NCBI GenBank assembly: GCA_002633005.1
Contig: NMRA01000855.1
Location: forward strand, 5,129-69,128
Length of the DNA stretch: 64,000 nucleotides
Direction of reading: 5' to 3'
Origin: Phoronis australis
Taxonomy: Eukaryota > Animalia > Phoronida
Shown: positions 39,325 to 52,041 of the stretch, piece after piece
How the letters are laid out: each line of letters begins with the position of its first letter
How positions within the stretch are numbered: position 1 is the first letter of the stretch
The notes under the pieces: generated by a model
The model's input: only the letters and a program-made list of their open reading frames with translations
Databases searched by the model: none
What the model was told of the DNA's origin: nothing
Made by a program: the position numbers and the translations under genes

Positions 39325-40705
39325 CCGTATTCGCCGTAATAACTGCCCATGCCCCTATAAGTGCCCCCCACGCGTTTTCAGACTTTGCTGAAATAAGCGC
39401 CCAGTCCATGAACGTGTACACGCGAACAATGACGTACATACAGTCCTAAAACTCGGCTACAGTAACATCTTCAATTTATTAAAAAAAAATTGCACGGGTC
39501 TTCAAGACCACCAGCGGCACTGCTACGGTTGTATTTATCTGTGACTTTACACATGAGAGTAACGCAGCGCTTCAAAAAGAACGCAACAGCGTTGCTACGC
39601 TCTCGCGACTACCACGTCCCACTATGGTCTGACTTTTCAGTAGACACATTGATCGACTGTCTCATGAATAAAAATAACTCGGTGTTAAACGCACGTGGCT
39701 ACATATCCATGAACCTGTCATCAAAGACATTAGTCGGGAACTATCCATTCATGAAACGGGTAGCATAGCATCAATAAGAAATGAATATTGGCACTAATTT
39801 CTGACAATTTCTAATACTATAAAACATGTTTGCATTATATTTGAGATGGATTGTTTGATTAACCATAATTGGTGTTTATAAGCCGAATATCCCATAAAAT
39901 GACAACTGACAGTGAATGCTTACACACCCTTACACCGAAAAATAACTGTCAGATAGTTACGTACGCATCAGCTACACGGCGACTAATATGGGCCTTACCG
40001 AGGCAAATGTCGAAAGTTTTTAGCACGAGACCGGCAAGTGCTGAATGAAACACACTCTGGTTTAAGCCTACTGCTTGTGCAAATTTCTTTAGACACATCT
40101 AGCTAGTTAGGTTGCGTGGCTCTGGCCAAAAGACGGTCTCTGCTTTGGCAAATGAACTCTGGTGACACGCACACACTCGCTTACTCGCAGACGAACTTCA
40201 AAACAAATGTCACGTGACAACAACATGTGTGTTCGTCCAGACATTTTTCTCGCCGTGTTGCCGATCATACATGTAGATGGCACGATGTTGCACAGATTTG
40301 TACTTAAACCTACCGTTAATCCATACTCCACGGGAACTTAAAAAATCTTGGAGACGCTGCTTATAAAACTTAATGAGGATTTCAGGTAATTTGCTGGAGT
40401 CGAAAAAATTTTTATTCAAGCATTGAAGTCGCTATATTGAAGACGGCAATTTCGAAGCAGTCAGTCGGCGAGTTTTTGCCCTGGGATTTCAGCACACTTT
40501 TCCTATAACATTTAGCAGCAAAGTTTGATAGCAATGCACCACAGTTTTGTTGAGTCTTTCATAGCTTACATATACGTCACAGAGCGTAAATTTGATGAAT
40601 CTTAGCTTCCGATTTCACCCGTTTCGGAGACTGGGCTTCAACCGCCTTGGGTTATAATAAGCGAACTTTTTTAAGCGCCCTGGGCGGTTATTACGGCGAA
40701 TACGG
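39325..40705 (-). mobile_element. Tc2/pogo-like non-autonomous element, copy 2 (inverted relative to 179-1569)
   Basis: TA|CCGTATTCGCCGTAATAACTGCCC ... GGGCGGTTATTACGGCGAATACGG|TA. The interior is the reverse complement of copy 1. Confidence 0.88.
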
Positions 40706-40919
40706 TACTTTCACTTTTAGAAACGTACATTACGTTAAGTGCAGGATGTGTTGTTTTCTAGTTCTATACCATAGGTTCTGTCAGACAATCTTTGTTAAAG
40801 TGAAAAAAGGTCAATTTTTGTAATTATTTTGTCTGAAATTGGTGAGATGTTACCATACAAGACTATAATACCATAATCTGTTTACACATTGTACTCTCAC
40901 TGTTTAATCATCTTTTCAG

Positions 40920-41090
40920 ATCAAGTGGAAAATTCAAAAACAAGTGATGACTATCTCATCCTAAAACTGAGACAACTCATAGACATCTTAAAAACTAAGC
41001 TTGAAAGAAATAAAGAGACTACAAAACGGCTTGAAGACATGCACTTAGACGAGGCTCGTCAGAAAAAGGAGGACTCCGAGCTTTCCAAAG
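40920..41090 (+). CDS. Neuropeptide-like precursor B, coding exon 2
   Basis: Acceptor TCTTTTCAG ends at 40919 and donor AAG|GTAACT is at 41090/41091. 171 nt, phase 1-1, open frame: DQVENSKTSDDYLILKLRQLIDILKTKLERNKETTKRLEDMHLDEARQKKEDSELSK. Confidence 0.75.
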
Positions 41091-41673
41091 GTAACTTATT
41101 GGGACCAATTACTTTAAACAGCAGGTTCTGTGGTATCTGTGTGAGACTTAAACAACACTTTGTGACACGCAGGATATATTCACTTTTCAATTATTCCAAG
41201 GAATATTTTAACTCATACCAGAGTTTTCGTCCACATTTTTTTCAGGACTGGCACTGAGCAGAACCTATACCTAAGAAAAGAATACATAGTGCCATTTTCT
41301 TTTGCCCTAAAACCTGGAAGTCCCAAACACACACGCTTGTCTCAAGATGCCATACTTTGCAGGATGTATGAGTGAATTAGCCCCAAACTGCTGATGTTTT
41401 GGCTAGCACATTTTTAGCCAGATCCGTTACATTAAAGGACACACATGCCAAAGGGATGGATCCCATTGTTATTTAAACAATTCATTACAGAGTGCCTCAA
41501 TACCAATACTTTAAATTCATTGTGGAGACTAACTAACATTTACATCATTCAAGTAAACCAAACATATTAGGATTTACAAGTTTTGTACAAGTCTCACATC
41601 TGTAGAGAATATATACAGCAAAATTCTGGGGCAATAAATCTTTAGGCATTACAGGGGATCCCAAAATTTTTAA

Positions 41674-43361
41674 AGGAGAATGCCACCTGATTTAATTAGT
41701 CCTTTTTGCCGTCTTAATTGGTCTATATCCACATTGCCACGCATACGGTCGACCTTACCTTGCCAAGAGGTGTCGCGTTAACCTGTGAAGAAGGTGAGAA
41801 ACGACGCTAGCAACGTCAGTGGTTCATCTGCAGAGTGAATGCCGATATGTTGCGGTGCATCGTTCCCGCTTGTCCGAACTATGCAGCTGCGAGGAAAGCG
41901 GGTACATCGGGTTTTTTCGACATCCTCGAGAGACAGAAATACTTAGGAAGTGGCTCGTGGTAGTGAAGAATGAAAAGTACGCTGTAAATAGCAAGTATGA
42001 GGCTGTGAAGCATCTCCGTGTCTGTAGCCTGCAGTCGTCGACAATGCCCGACGAATGCCGGCTTACCAAATAACTATCCAATCGATACGTTCTGTTGTCT
42101 GAGCTTGTTCACGGTGCCTCTCTAGTATTTCTTCATCACTGTATTCCTGTTCGAATTGATAGCCTGTGAAACTTAACGATCAACCTGCGAAGTCTTCGTA
42201 GGGATCGACTGATGAGCTCTGGTCTAAGTCGGGATTGTGAGTTGCCATGTTGATGTTTATTACTGAGCGTTCTGTTTCAAAGTGAATAATTCTCACCCTA
42301 ACCAATACTTATATAAAACTGAAACAAAGTCTGCCTCATTAGATGCAATTTGTAATGCCTTTCGAGTGTTCGTGAGTGCAAATGATTTGAGAAGCCAGCA
42401 ATGAATAAATCACTGCGTTACCAGCTTTAGGTGCAATAAAACTAATTGACAGGACACCGAGGCCGTGTGAGCTCATTCTAATTTAGCGTTTGCTGGCAGA
42501 AACTGTTGTGAAACAACTCATTCGATTTCCACCCCACGGCTTGGAGTTAGGGGAGTCTTTATTTACATTTACATTATAAAAATAATCATTGTCAATGAAC
42601 AACCTCTGCCCTGACGGTGCTGTGGCCAAAGCAGAACCTAAATTGGCGGCCCCCGACGAGTAAGTAGATTTGCAGTTTCGTGGGTAATTCACCAAAATAA
42701 TCACGTGCGCATTACTTTGGCTCACTAGTATAGTATTTTCATGACTGGAAGTTTAGTTTCCAACTCTGGCTGGTTTATGTTCGTAACGTCTGATCAGTTT
42801 GCGAGCCACTGGCCGGATAACGAGTCAATCCAGCCGGCCACAACGGGCCTAATCGGGCTCCGAGCCACTGGCCATAATAACAAGCATTTTGTGTGTTTAG
42901 AACTCAAAAAAATCACAAGTCTAAACAACACAGATCGGGGTTATCCTGTCTGTATCTCACGGATAATACTTGGAATTTGTCTCCGAACAGACCCAAACTC
43001 CTGCTACGGACCTTATTGGCCTGCCGAACTTTGGAGGCTATGGTGTGTCCAAATACCAATAAATCCGTAACAGCGAAATAAAACAACACGTTTTTATAAG
43101 AACTCGGTATATTTTTGAGGATTCTACATCGAAGTTTGATGATTTATTGGTGTTAAACGATAAATTTAAGCGATAAGCTGACACCAGTTACCAGTGCTGT
43201 TAACTAACAGATTGCGTGTGAAACCAATTACGTCATTGGATAATTTCGACACCTCCGTCTGCCGTCAGGTGTCGGTAACGCAACCGTACGTGCCGTTATG
43301 GAGTAGAACTACTCGATCTAAATTGATACAAATTAGGTTGTTTTTTGGGTGGCATGCTCCT
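41674..43361 (+). mobile_element. Kolobok-like DNA transposon relic with a frameshifted THAP domain
   Basis: TTAA|AGGAGAATGCCACC ... GGTGGCATGCTCCT|TTAA. From 41847: MLRCIVPACPN..., then after a frameshift GFFRHP.E.EILRKWL...LRVCSL, which fits the THAP C2CH pattern with the His lost. Confidence 0.75.
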
Positions 43362-44542
43362 TTAAGGAAAATATTCTGTGAGACTAGGAAATGGATTTGT
43401 TGTTAATTAGTGGTGTGTTTCATATTCCAGGAATTCGAAAGTTTAATTTTGGACTTTTGGCACCAAATACAAAAAGTTCTACTTCTCCAACCTGACAGAA
43501 AAAAATGTTCTATTGTTTTCTGCAGTGGAAGTTGTGTTCGATTTGAAATGGAATGAGAAGTTGTCATTATGACAAAATCCATTCATTTCATCACTTCTGT
43601 GATTTGGAAATGAAAGGTTTCAACCGCTGGAATATGCAAAATACCACTAGTTTCCAAGAAACCCATTCTCTCCTGTTCGCATTTCAGAGTATCCTTGTTA
43701 AAACTTTTAGTCATCCTGTACAATGGTGCACACAATTTTCTTGAATAATCGAGGATTCTGATAATGATACATTTTTAGTCACCTTATACATTCGTGTACA
43801 CAAGTTTCTTCAATAATCAAGGATTCTGATGATGCATTGCTCCAGAAGGTGAAAATATGGACATGGAAGATATTAAGAAGTTTTGATTCTTGATAGCAAA
43901 TGTAGACAGTCTTAAATATCTGATTATCTATTGTAATTGACTAGTGTAAATAGAGCTTGCGGATGTTGGAAAAGACAACAAAATCCCTTTTTGTTACATT
44001 ATGACGTTTAATACCCAAACGTGAATATTTAACGCCAGGTTCTTTCACTCAAATAATATTTTTAACTCTGCTGACACCAGAGTGTAGGAAATCCTATATT
44101 TTGCCTATTAATATAGCTCAATGTTTATTGCATCACACAACGCATGACATGGCAGAAAACTACATCAATTCACAGCAAAACGAAAGTTGGACACAACAAC
44201 AAAAATTTGCTGAAAAACTGCCCCCTGGAAGATTTCTCCAAACATGTTTTTAGAACATGAATGTTCGGATACTCAAGGTGGTTAAAAAGGGCAATAAAAT
44301 CCATCCCATCTGGCCTAGGCAGAGGCAGATAGGTTACTGAACACATAGACTATGAAACCCCTCACATTCCCACCAATGCAATGGGTGGAAAATCCCGAGA
44401 TTGGAACTAACTGTTCTTGGCCCCAAGTGGTACGAACGGAAATCTTTGAATTTAATTACAGAACATTTAATTGCAACAGCTACAAAGAACTTGCAAAGGT
44501 AACATTAATTTCTAAATTAAAACATCCTCGTCTGTATTCCAG

Positions 44543-44976
44543 AGAACACAGCTGAAGAGCCGGAGGACACAGCGAAGGCGGCCAGATTGAAAACCTTGCT
44601 GCAGAGTCTAGCTAAGAAAATGAACACCAACACCAATGACGGCAATGAATCTGAAGAAACGCCACCTAGTGAGAGAAACTTTGGACCACATGGTCAGGAA
44701 GAGAATGTTCATGATAAATTAGGTGCGAGAAACTTTGGACCAGCCGGAAAGGAAAATTTGCAGTCAGTGCACAAGAAGGGTAATTACGACTCGGAAACAA
44801 AAACAAGCGAAGGAGACGTCAACGAATCGCAAGAACGACAGAACTTTGGTCCAGCCAGATTGGCGGAAGCGGAAAATGCTGATGACAAGCGAAATTTTGG
44901 AACGTTTGGACGAAGCTTGAGACAGATGATTGACGAAGAACTAGAAAAGGTGATGCAGAGGAGAGGAATGAAATGA
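44543..44976 (+). CDS. Neuropeptide-like precursor B, coding exon 3 (NFG peptides)
   Basis: Acceptor TCTGTATTCCAG ends at 44542. The phase-1 join is in frame with ORF 44587-44976. Contains R-NFGPHG, R-NFGPA-GK, R-QNFGPA-R, KR-NFGTF-GR and C-terminal LRQMIDEELEKVMQRRGMK. Spliced CDS is 717 nt (238 aa). AATAAA at 45265 and 45619. Confidence 0.85.
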
Positions 44977-47900
44977 AAAGTTCAGTCCAATCAGTTTTAG
45001 TTTTTGTAATGAAATCGAGTCACCAATGTTTCTACTGATGGTAGGATGTGCAAAAACAATAATCAACGGCGGCCCGTTTTTTCCAGGGTCGTACGCACAT
45101 TCACAGATAAAGGGACATCATCGGCTTTCAATATCCCTTTCAGACAATTGCATTTTAGATGTTAATGAGCCAACAGATCATTTGATTGGTTTGTGACAAT
45201 TGATATCGAGTGCGGATATCCTTTACAGTATAACATATGCCAATTGGTTAACTTTTGTTCTGATAATAAACATAGCGAGGCTTTCACAAGCATGTGGCTA
45301 CAACTGCAGTAGCTCTGACCTGGTGTATGATCTTTGAGTTGATAAATCAGGCCCCAGGTGAAGATGTATCATATAGAACAATGGCTGACCACAAAGCACA
45401 TTAATGGCGACAAAAGAGCAAGTTGGAAGTCTGTAGCCAGGACAGTATCAACACTGAAAAAATTTCAAAAGTTAAACGTAAATTGGACAAGGTGAAAATA
45501 GACACTCTCGAAGAATTTTAATCAAATTTAAATGTAATGGCTGTTCAAATATGATTAGTTTAATGAATCAATATCAATGTACCGTCTAGCAAAAGTAAGG
45601 AGTAGTTACGACTTGTGAAATAAATTCAACTGTCTCATTTTGTGATTGATTTTGTCTTTGTTTCTTCAAATTACCATACAATATGGAGGAACATTGAAAT
45701 TTTATTTATCAAGCTTTTTAAGAAGAGTAAAGAAGAAGACAATTTTACTTCATTGTTTGGAAACTAATAGTATATAGTACATCTATCATCAGCAAACACT
45801 GTGTTTTTGAATAAGGAACTACGTTTTTAAGTCTGTGGGCCGTGTTGCTCAACTAGCCTGGCACCGACCAACTAAAATAAGGATGACGACCATATACCAT
45901 ATATAGCTACATGAACAGACAGCAAGACAATAGAGCCATCCCGTATTGTACAGTGATATAACTTTCCTTTGTCCTGGAGATAAGAAAGTGCATGGCCTAG
46001 TTTCGGAAATCGGGCACATTTTCGTGTCTCTCATTGATGTTGGGAAGTTGAAGAAATTCAGATCACACAATCATCCGCTGGTGTTTTTCCAATTTATCAT
46101 CAAATTTTTCACGCCAGAGTTGCAGCCCACAGTACAGCAAAAACACTTCGTTGGCATTGGAAGGACGAATTGAGTAATGCAACCGAGAAAAACTTGTTAA
46201 GAATCAGACAACAACAAATAATGCGTGAAATTCCAGTGGCACGAACGAGGCAGCAAATGTGCCTGACGAATGTTTACAGCATTGTGGGTAAATACAGCGA
46301 GACTCGATTGTTATTGCGTAATCTGGGACCGACCAAATTCTCTGTACCAAAAGAAATTCTTAGGAAATGACAGATAGTGAAATAAATATCACGTAATTAA
46401 TTTTAAAATTTACAATTAAATTACAGACCATTCAGTCAGTGACAATCTTTTGTGTTGTAAACTATACTTGTGCACATACATGGACACATTCATGGTCATA
46501 CTTAGACAATGGACATTGGTCATTTTGCTTCGACAATGGACATCATCATTTGTTCAGGTGAATATCTAGATGCGAAGAAATTATAAATCACCATTTCTGG
46601 AACATATGGTAAATGGTCATGCTGTTTTTGTGCAAAAGCAACGGCAGATAAAAGATAAATGAATCTTAAAAATATCGCATATGACGCAACTGGTGTTTAC
46701 CTGCAACCAGATACACGACCCAAGTGTATTAACAATATCCTGTTAAGACCACATCAGTCCCAATGGTGACAGGTTAGGACATACAGTAATTCTTTCGTTT
46801 TGCACAAAAATAATTCACAAAACGGCCATTTTTCAATTTTTCAACCACAGACTATCTTATGCAAATAATACGAACTTAACAAATATTGTTTTGGCCACAT
46901 CATATAGTACAAACTAATAACAGTTTAAGACTAAAATTATCTTAATCTTTGTTTTGGTTGAGAAATTCCAACAAAATAAGCCGGTCCACCACATTTGCAT
47001 ACTTAAGATATGAATAATTACTGTCAATGCACTGATGGCGCTGCAAAAATTATTGTTGTTTAGGACACAACGCCTTGTTTTAGCATCAATTTTAACTACG
47101 CAAACGTGAAAGCGCGGGTGTTCCAAACATACAGAACCATTAGTGGATTGGACAGATCACCTCGTTTTCAAGCACGATGGCGAATTCATGCATGTAGTGA
47201 ATTGAACGCGGCTACCTCGGCATCGTATACTCTACACAATACTGTAATATCACAATGGTAACAGAATGAAACAAAATTCTAATTGCCAAAACACCAGCGT
47301 TAGTCATGAAGACTGAAGAATTCCTAACAACTTCATTCCTCAATACCAGGAGCTAAGACATCATTCAAGACGAATACGCATGATCGGCTTATTGTATTGT
47401 TTGAAACTGAGACTACAAAAACACCTATTAGTACATATCAAGTACACCTATTTAGAACTGCTTAGGTAATACGGTTATTACCTTGGGACATCCTGTTTCA
47501 CACAATGGCGAGTGCTCATGGTTTTCGTTTAATTTTGCAACAAGTAGCAAAAACTTGAGTCATGAAATAAGACAAGACAGCATTAATTTTCCCCTTTCTA
47601 TGGTTTTACCGTTTTCAGAATGACCCAACAATGCAACACTCAATTAAACTTAAAATGTGAAATCATTTTTTAATTTTACACCTGTGTAATGAACTCTGGT
47701 GATTACAACATGGCACATCGTGAAAAATTTAACTAGTCAAATTTCTTGACACATAAAAATATTATGAAAACTGTAGTGTGTTTAAGCCTGGTTTGTAATG
47801 TGTGGATGTGATAAAATGAATATCAGCAACATTTCCAATATTTGCAGCAAAGTATTCAGCCTATGAAATGTAGACAAATTATCAATTGGCAATTACTTTT

Positions 47901-49082
47901 ATGCGACATCAGTGAAGAATTACGGTAATACTATTTTATATTCTATTTCCCTATCACTCACATTTTATAAATCACAGTTAAATCATTGTGTGCTCTACTG
48001 ATTGCTAGCTTGATTATATCTGCTAGAATTACAGGAAACTGACTGATTGCAAATAACTTCACATCACTGCCTTGTATTACAGTTAATGTCTACACCTGCC
48101 AAAAGGGTGCAGCACAATCTAAATAGGTTTAACAGACAAGGAGTGCAATCTGGACATTACTATAATTCTGTTACAATCAAGGCATTAGTGCCTACAATAT
48201 TTCATTTCATTAAATCTGAAATTAGTTGATATTCTATAGTTTAAAAGAAATTAACTCCATACATTTATTTGAGCACTCACGCATTTGTTTGTCAATCCTA
48301 AAAAGTTAACGGTAATTGATAAATTATCAGATTCATGCATCTCTTCAAGCCAAATGGCCATTTGAAAAATACTGAGAACAAAAACTTAACTAAAACAAAA
48401 CTATATCAGTGGAAATGATTACCAGATTCACTACAGAAATAAACAAACCAAAAGCCAAAAAGTAATAGCTATATAATATCTTACACACAAATCTGCGCAT
48501 TTAGCCAAATATCATCTAAACTATGCAAATTAACTGCACAAAAGTTTACATTTTTTGAAAGTAGAAAGATTCTACTTTGATTTTTAACTTTATGTCAATG
48601 TGTAATTAATAGGGTCACATGACCAAGTCTCCTAAGTAAAATTAAGCATGAATTGAATAAATAATCAACAGAATGTAGGCAATAGATTTTGACTGGTTAT
48701 GCATGCTGGGAGGATACGTCCTCACTTTTTGTGTAACTATGGTGATGTATCTGTAATCGTCTGCTTCAATTCAGCAAGATACCGGCTGTCGTAAACACAA
48801 GTTTTGATTTGCCACTTTGCATACGGCTTTGATGAAAACTTGAAGTAAAGCGCCATTGTTTTAACCTTTGAAACATATTTGTTGAGGAAGTGATATGAAA
48901 TGTACAGGTGATAAGAAATGTATTCATTTGGCTTGAAATATTTTGAGTTCTTAGAGTATAAATTCACCAAATCAAACCCAGCATCAGGAGTCACCAAAAA
49001 TGTCAGTTTCCAGCATTCAGAGTGGCTATGTGTGAGCTTACACTTACGATACTGTGGATCCATTTAAAATAGAACTTGCACG

Positions 49083-49345
49083 CTAATTCCTTATCTCTGT
49101 GATTGCTTGGTCAAATTTGTTAGAAAAACAACATGTGAATATGAAGTTTGTTGAAAACTGCCAAATGTTTTTAAGAACAAGTTTTGTGTCTAGTAAGTAT
49201 CCTGACGTGGAATTGGGGAATAACACTGCCTGATGTGAGCCCACGAGGTGTGTCATGAGTGCAAAGGTCACCTATTTGCAGAATTTTTGTTTTCGCATTT
49301 ATAAGTTGTCAATGAATACAACCGCACTTTGTTTTAGCATAGATG
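49083..49345. repeat. Dispersed repeat; inverted copy at ~52740-53050 and a fragment at ~15930-16020
   Basis: AAGTTGTCAATGAATACA and GGTCACCTATTTG occur reverse-complemented at about 52760-52820. Confidence 0.65.
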
Positions 49346-49734
49346 ATATTAAAAAGCATTGTCGTTTAGTTCCTGCTATACATTAGCATAGTTAGGAGCA
49401 TGTAAACACATCTTTAAATCAACCACTTTCCATGACTGTTATGTATTTAGGAATCAATTCGACCATAGAATACTTATCGAGTATCTTTGACTTGAGTTCC
49501 TTGGTTCAAAATGGATTCAAAGGTGTAAAGAAATAACGTGTATATGTATTCAACAAACATCACAGATGAATGAAAAGACGAGAGCATTCAGTAACATAGG
49601 GCCAGGCACCAGACTGCATGTCTTCGTACCGTACACAGGAGCTCAATACTGTATTGAGGTTAATTTATTTTTATCATGGACAAACTTTTGTGATGACATG
49701 TCATGCTGGTACATGTTAACAGGTTAGGTAAATC

Positions 49735-49846
49735 GGTAATGGTCTGATATAAGCGTGCCAGAATTTTGAGAACCAGTTTTCTCCACTAAATAACAGGCAT
49801 CAAACTGGTTCTCAAAATACGGGCACAAAATATCAGACTATTGCCA
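49735..49846. repeat. ~110-bp palindromic MITE (related fragments near 4240-4300 and 57515-57595)
   Basis: ATTTTGAGAACCAGTT ... AACTGGTTCTCAAAAT, with outer arms GTCTGATAT/ATATCAGAC. Confidence 0.6.
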
Positions 49847-50082
49847 GTAAATCTGTACCCAACTCGGCGTGATATCATTTATAAATAAATATTAGGTATT
49901 CAATACTTTGTAAAATACTGTCTGTGATATCTCTCTAAGCTGATTCAGAGAAGTAGGGAAAAAATTTAATGCATCTTGGCAGCTGAAATGAGCGACCACA
50001 AAAATAGGTTACCTCAAAGAAATAAATTTCTCGATATAACGTGCACCCCAATATTTTCCAAAATGTTACTTTTCCAAGCTCA

Positions 50083-52041
50083 GTTTTACACTTATCATTG
50101 ATTTAATCAGGTGAGACATGTATTTCTTTAATCAAGGCATCTTATCACTCATTTTAGCTGCCAAAATGCATGAAATTCAAAAACAGAACTTAATTTCAAC
50201 TATTATAATTTATACAAGAAATGTGAAGTCTCTTTGTTTTCTAAAAAGCTCACCATTAAGACCAACAAAAGCCATGGGTTACAGCACAGATACGCAAAAC
50301 AACAAAATATGACGAAAAATTCATAAGTAATATTTACATACTTATATCATCACAATTTTGTTGTATTACAAAGTTACAATCCAGGAATACTTCACTATCA
50401 TGTTATTCCTGTGCCCCAATGTAAGGTCACAAAGTGCACAGAAGTTTCCGCTCCCATTAGCTGTGCAACTGAAACCGGATCTTGGTGTTTTGCACAAGCA
50501 ATTGTTTTTGTTTGGTGTTGTCACCATGAAAACTATTCTCTGAAGCTGACCTGCAGCTGGCACCACCTTAGTGTCTGTCTAACCTGAATACGGGATGATG
50601 GTGATGGTTTACCAGCCAAGAAATGTTGCTGTGGTAACAAAACAGAGCTGAGAGCACAGGTGCACTTGAGGTTGTCTGCCAGATTGAGACCCATATAGTG
50701 AAATCTGGACAAATTCAGAAACATTTTGGGCAACTTAAAAATTATCATTTGGCCTCCCCCAACGGTAAAGTTCACATACGATTGAAAGTTATAATAATTA
50801 CAGCACGATTGTTTGCTACGGGTTTAAGCTCAAATTCTTCAAACATGTCATTTTATTTACTTGGTTCATATAAAGAGTATCTGAGTTCTAGCCATTTACA
50901 AAAACGTAGCATTGAAGCACTGTTAGCAAGAAAAACTAAAAAAAGAATTCCTTGAGACCATGCTTCACCGATGACCCACTGTCCCCCCTACTCTCCCTCC
51001 CCCTCCCACCTCCCTCTCCCTCCCTCCCTCCTTCCCTCCCTCCCCCCTCCCCCTGGTGCGTATTGAAACTGCAAAATGTAAAGCAGGTGACCAGAATGGT
51101 TCTGGAAGAAGGTGGATAAGTTGTAATNGTTTTACACTTATAGATTTAATCAGGTGAGACACGTATTTCTTTAATTAAGGCATCATGTCTTTGAGGTCAC
51201 TCATTTTAGTTGTCAAAATGCATGGAATTCAAAAACAGAACTTAATTTCAACTATTTTAATTTATACCAGAAATGTGAAGTCTCTTTGTTTTCTAAAAAA
51301 AGCTCACCATAAAGACCAACAAGAGCCATGGGTTACAGCACAGATATGCAAAACAACAAAATATGACGGAAAATTCATAAGTAATATCTACATACTTATA
51401 TCACCACAATTTTGTTGTATTACGAAGTTACAATCCAGGATTACTTCACTATCATGTTATTCCTGTGCCCCAATGTAAGGTCACCAAGTGCACAATAGTT
51501 TCCGCTCCCATTAGCTGTGCAACTGAAACCAGATCTTGGTGTTTTGCACAAGCAATTGTTTTTGTTTGGTGTTGTCACCGTGAAAACTACTCTCTGAAGC
51601 TGACCTGCAGCTGGCACCACCTTGGTGTCTGTCTAACCTGAATATGGGAGTGGTGGTGATGGTTTACCAGCCAAGAAATGTTGCTATGGTAACAAAACAG
51701 AGCTGAGAGCACTGGTGCACATGAGGTTGTCTGCCAGATTCAGACCAATACAGTGAAAACTGGACAAATTCTTCAAACATGTTATTTTATTTACTTGGTT
51801 CATATAAAGAATATCCGAGTTCTAGCCATTTACAAAAACGTAGCATTGAAGCACTGTTAGCTAGAAAAACTAAAAAAATAATTCCTTGAGAGCATGCCTC
51901 ACCCATAAAATAACCCACTGTCCCACCCACCCTCCCTCCCTCCCTGTCTCCCCCCTTCCCCCTCCCCTGGTGCGTATTGAAACTGCAAAATGTAAAGCAG
52001 GTGACCAGAATGGTTCTGGAAGAAGGTGGATAAGTTGTAAT
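50083..52041. repeat. ~1-kb direct duplication joined by a single N (probable haplotype artefact)
   Basis: Copy 1 is 50083-51127, the n is at 51128, and copy 2 is 51129-52041. The copies differ by SNPs and by a ~125-bp segment present only in copy 1. Confidence 0.85.

Noticed and set aside
44543-44976. Assignment to NG-peptide/NPS, kisspeptin, orcokinin or SALMFamide families
   Set aside because: The motif order is N-F-G rather than N-G. There is no neurophysin domain, no RF/LxF/FxF-amide ending, and no NFDEID motif.
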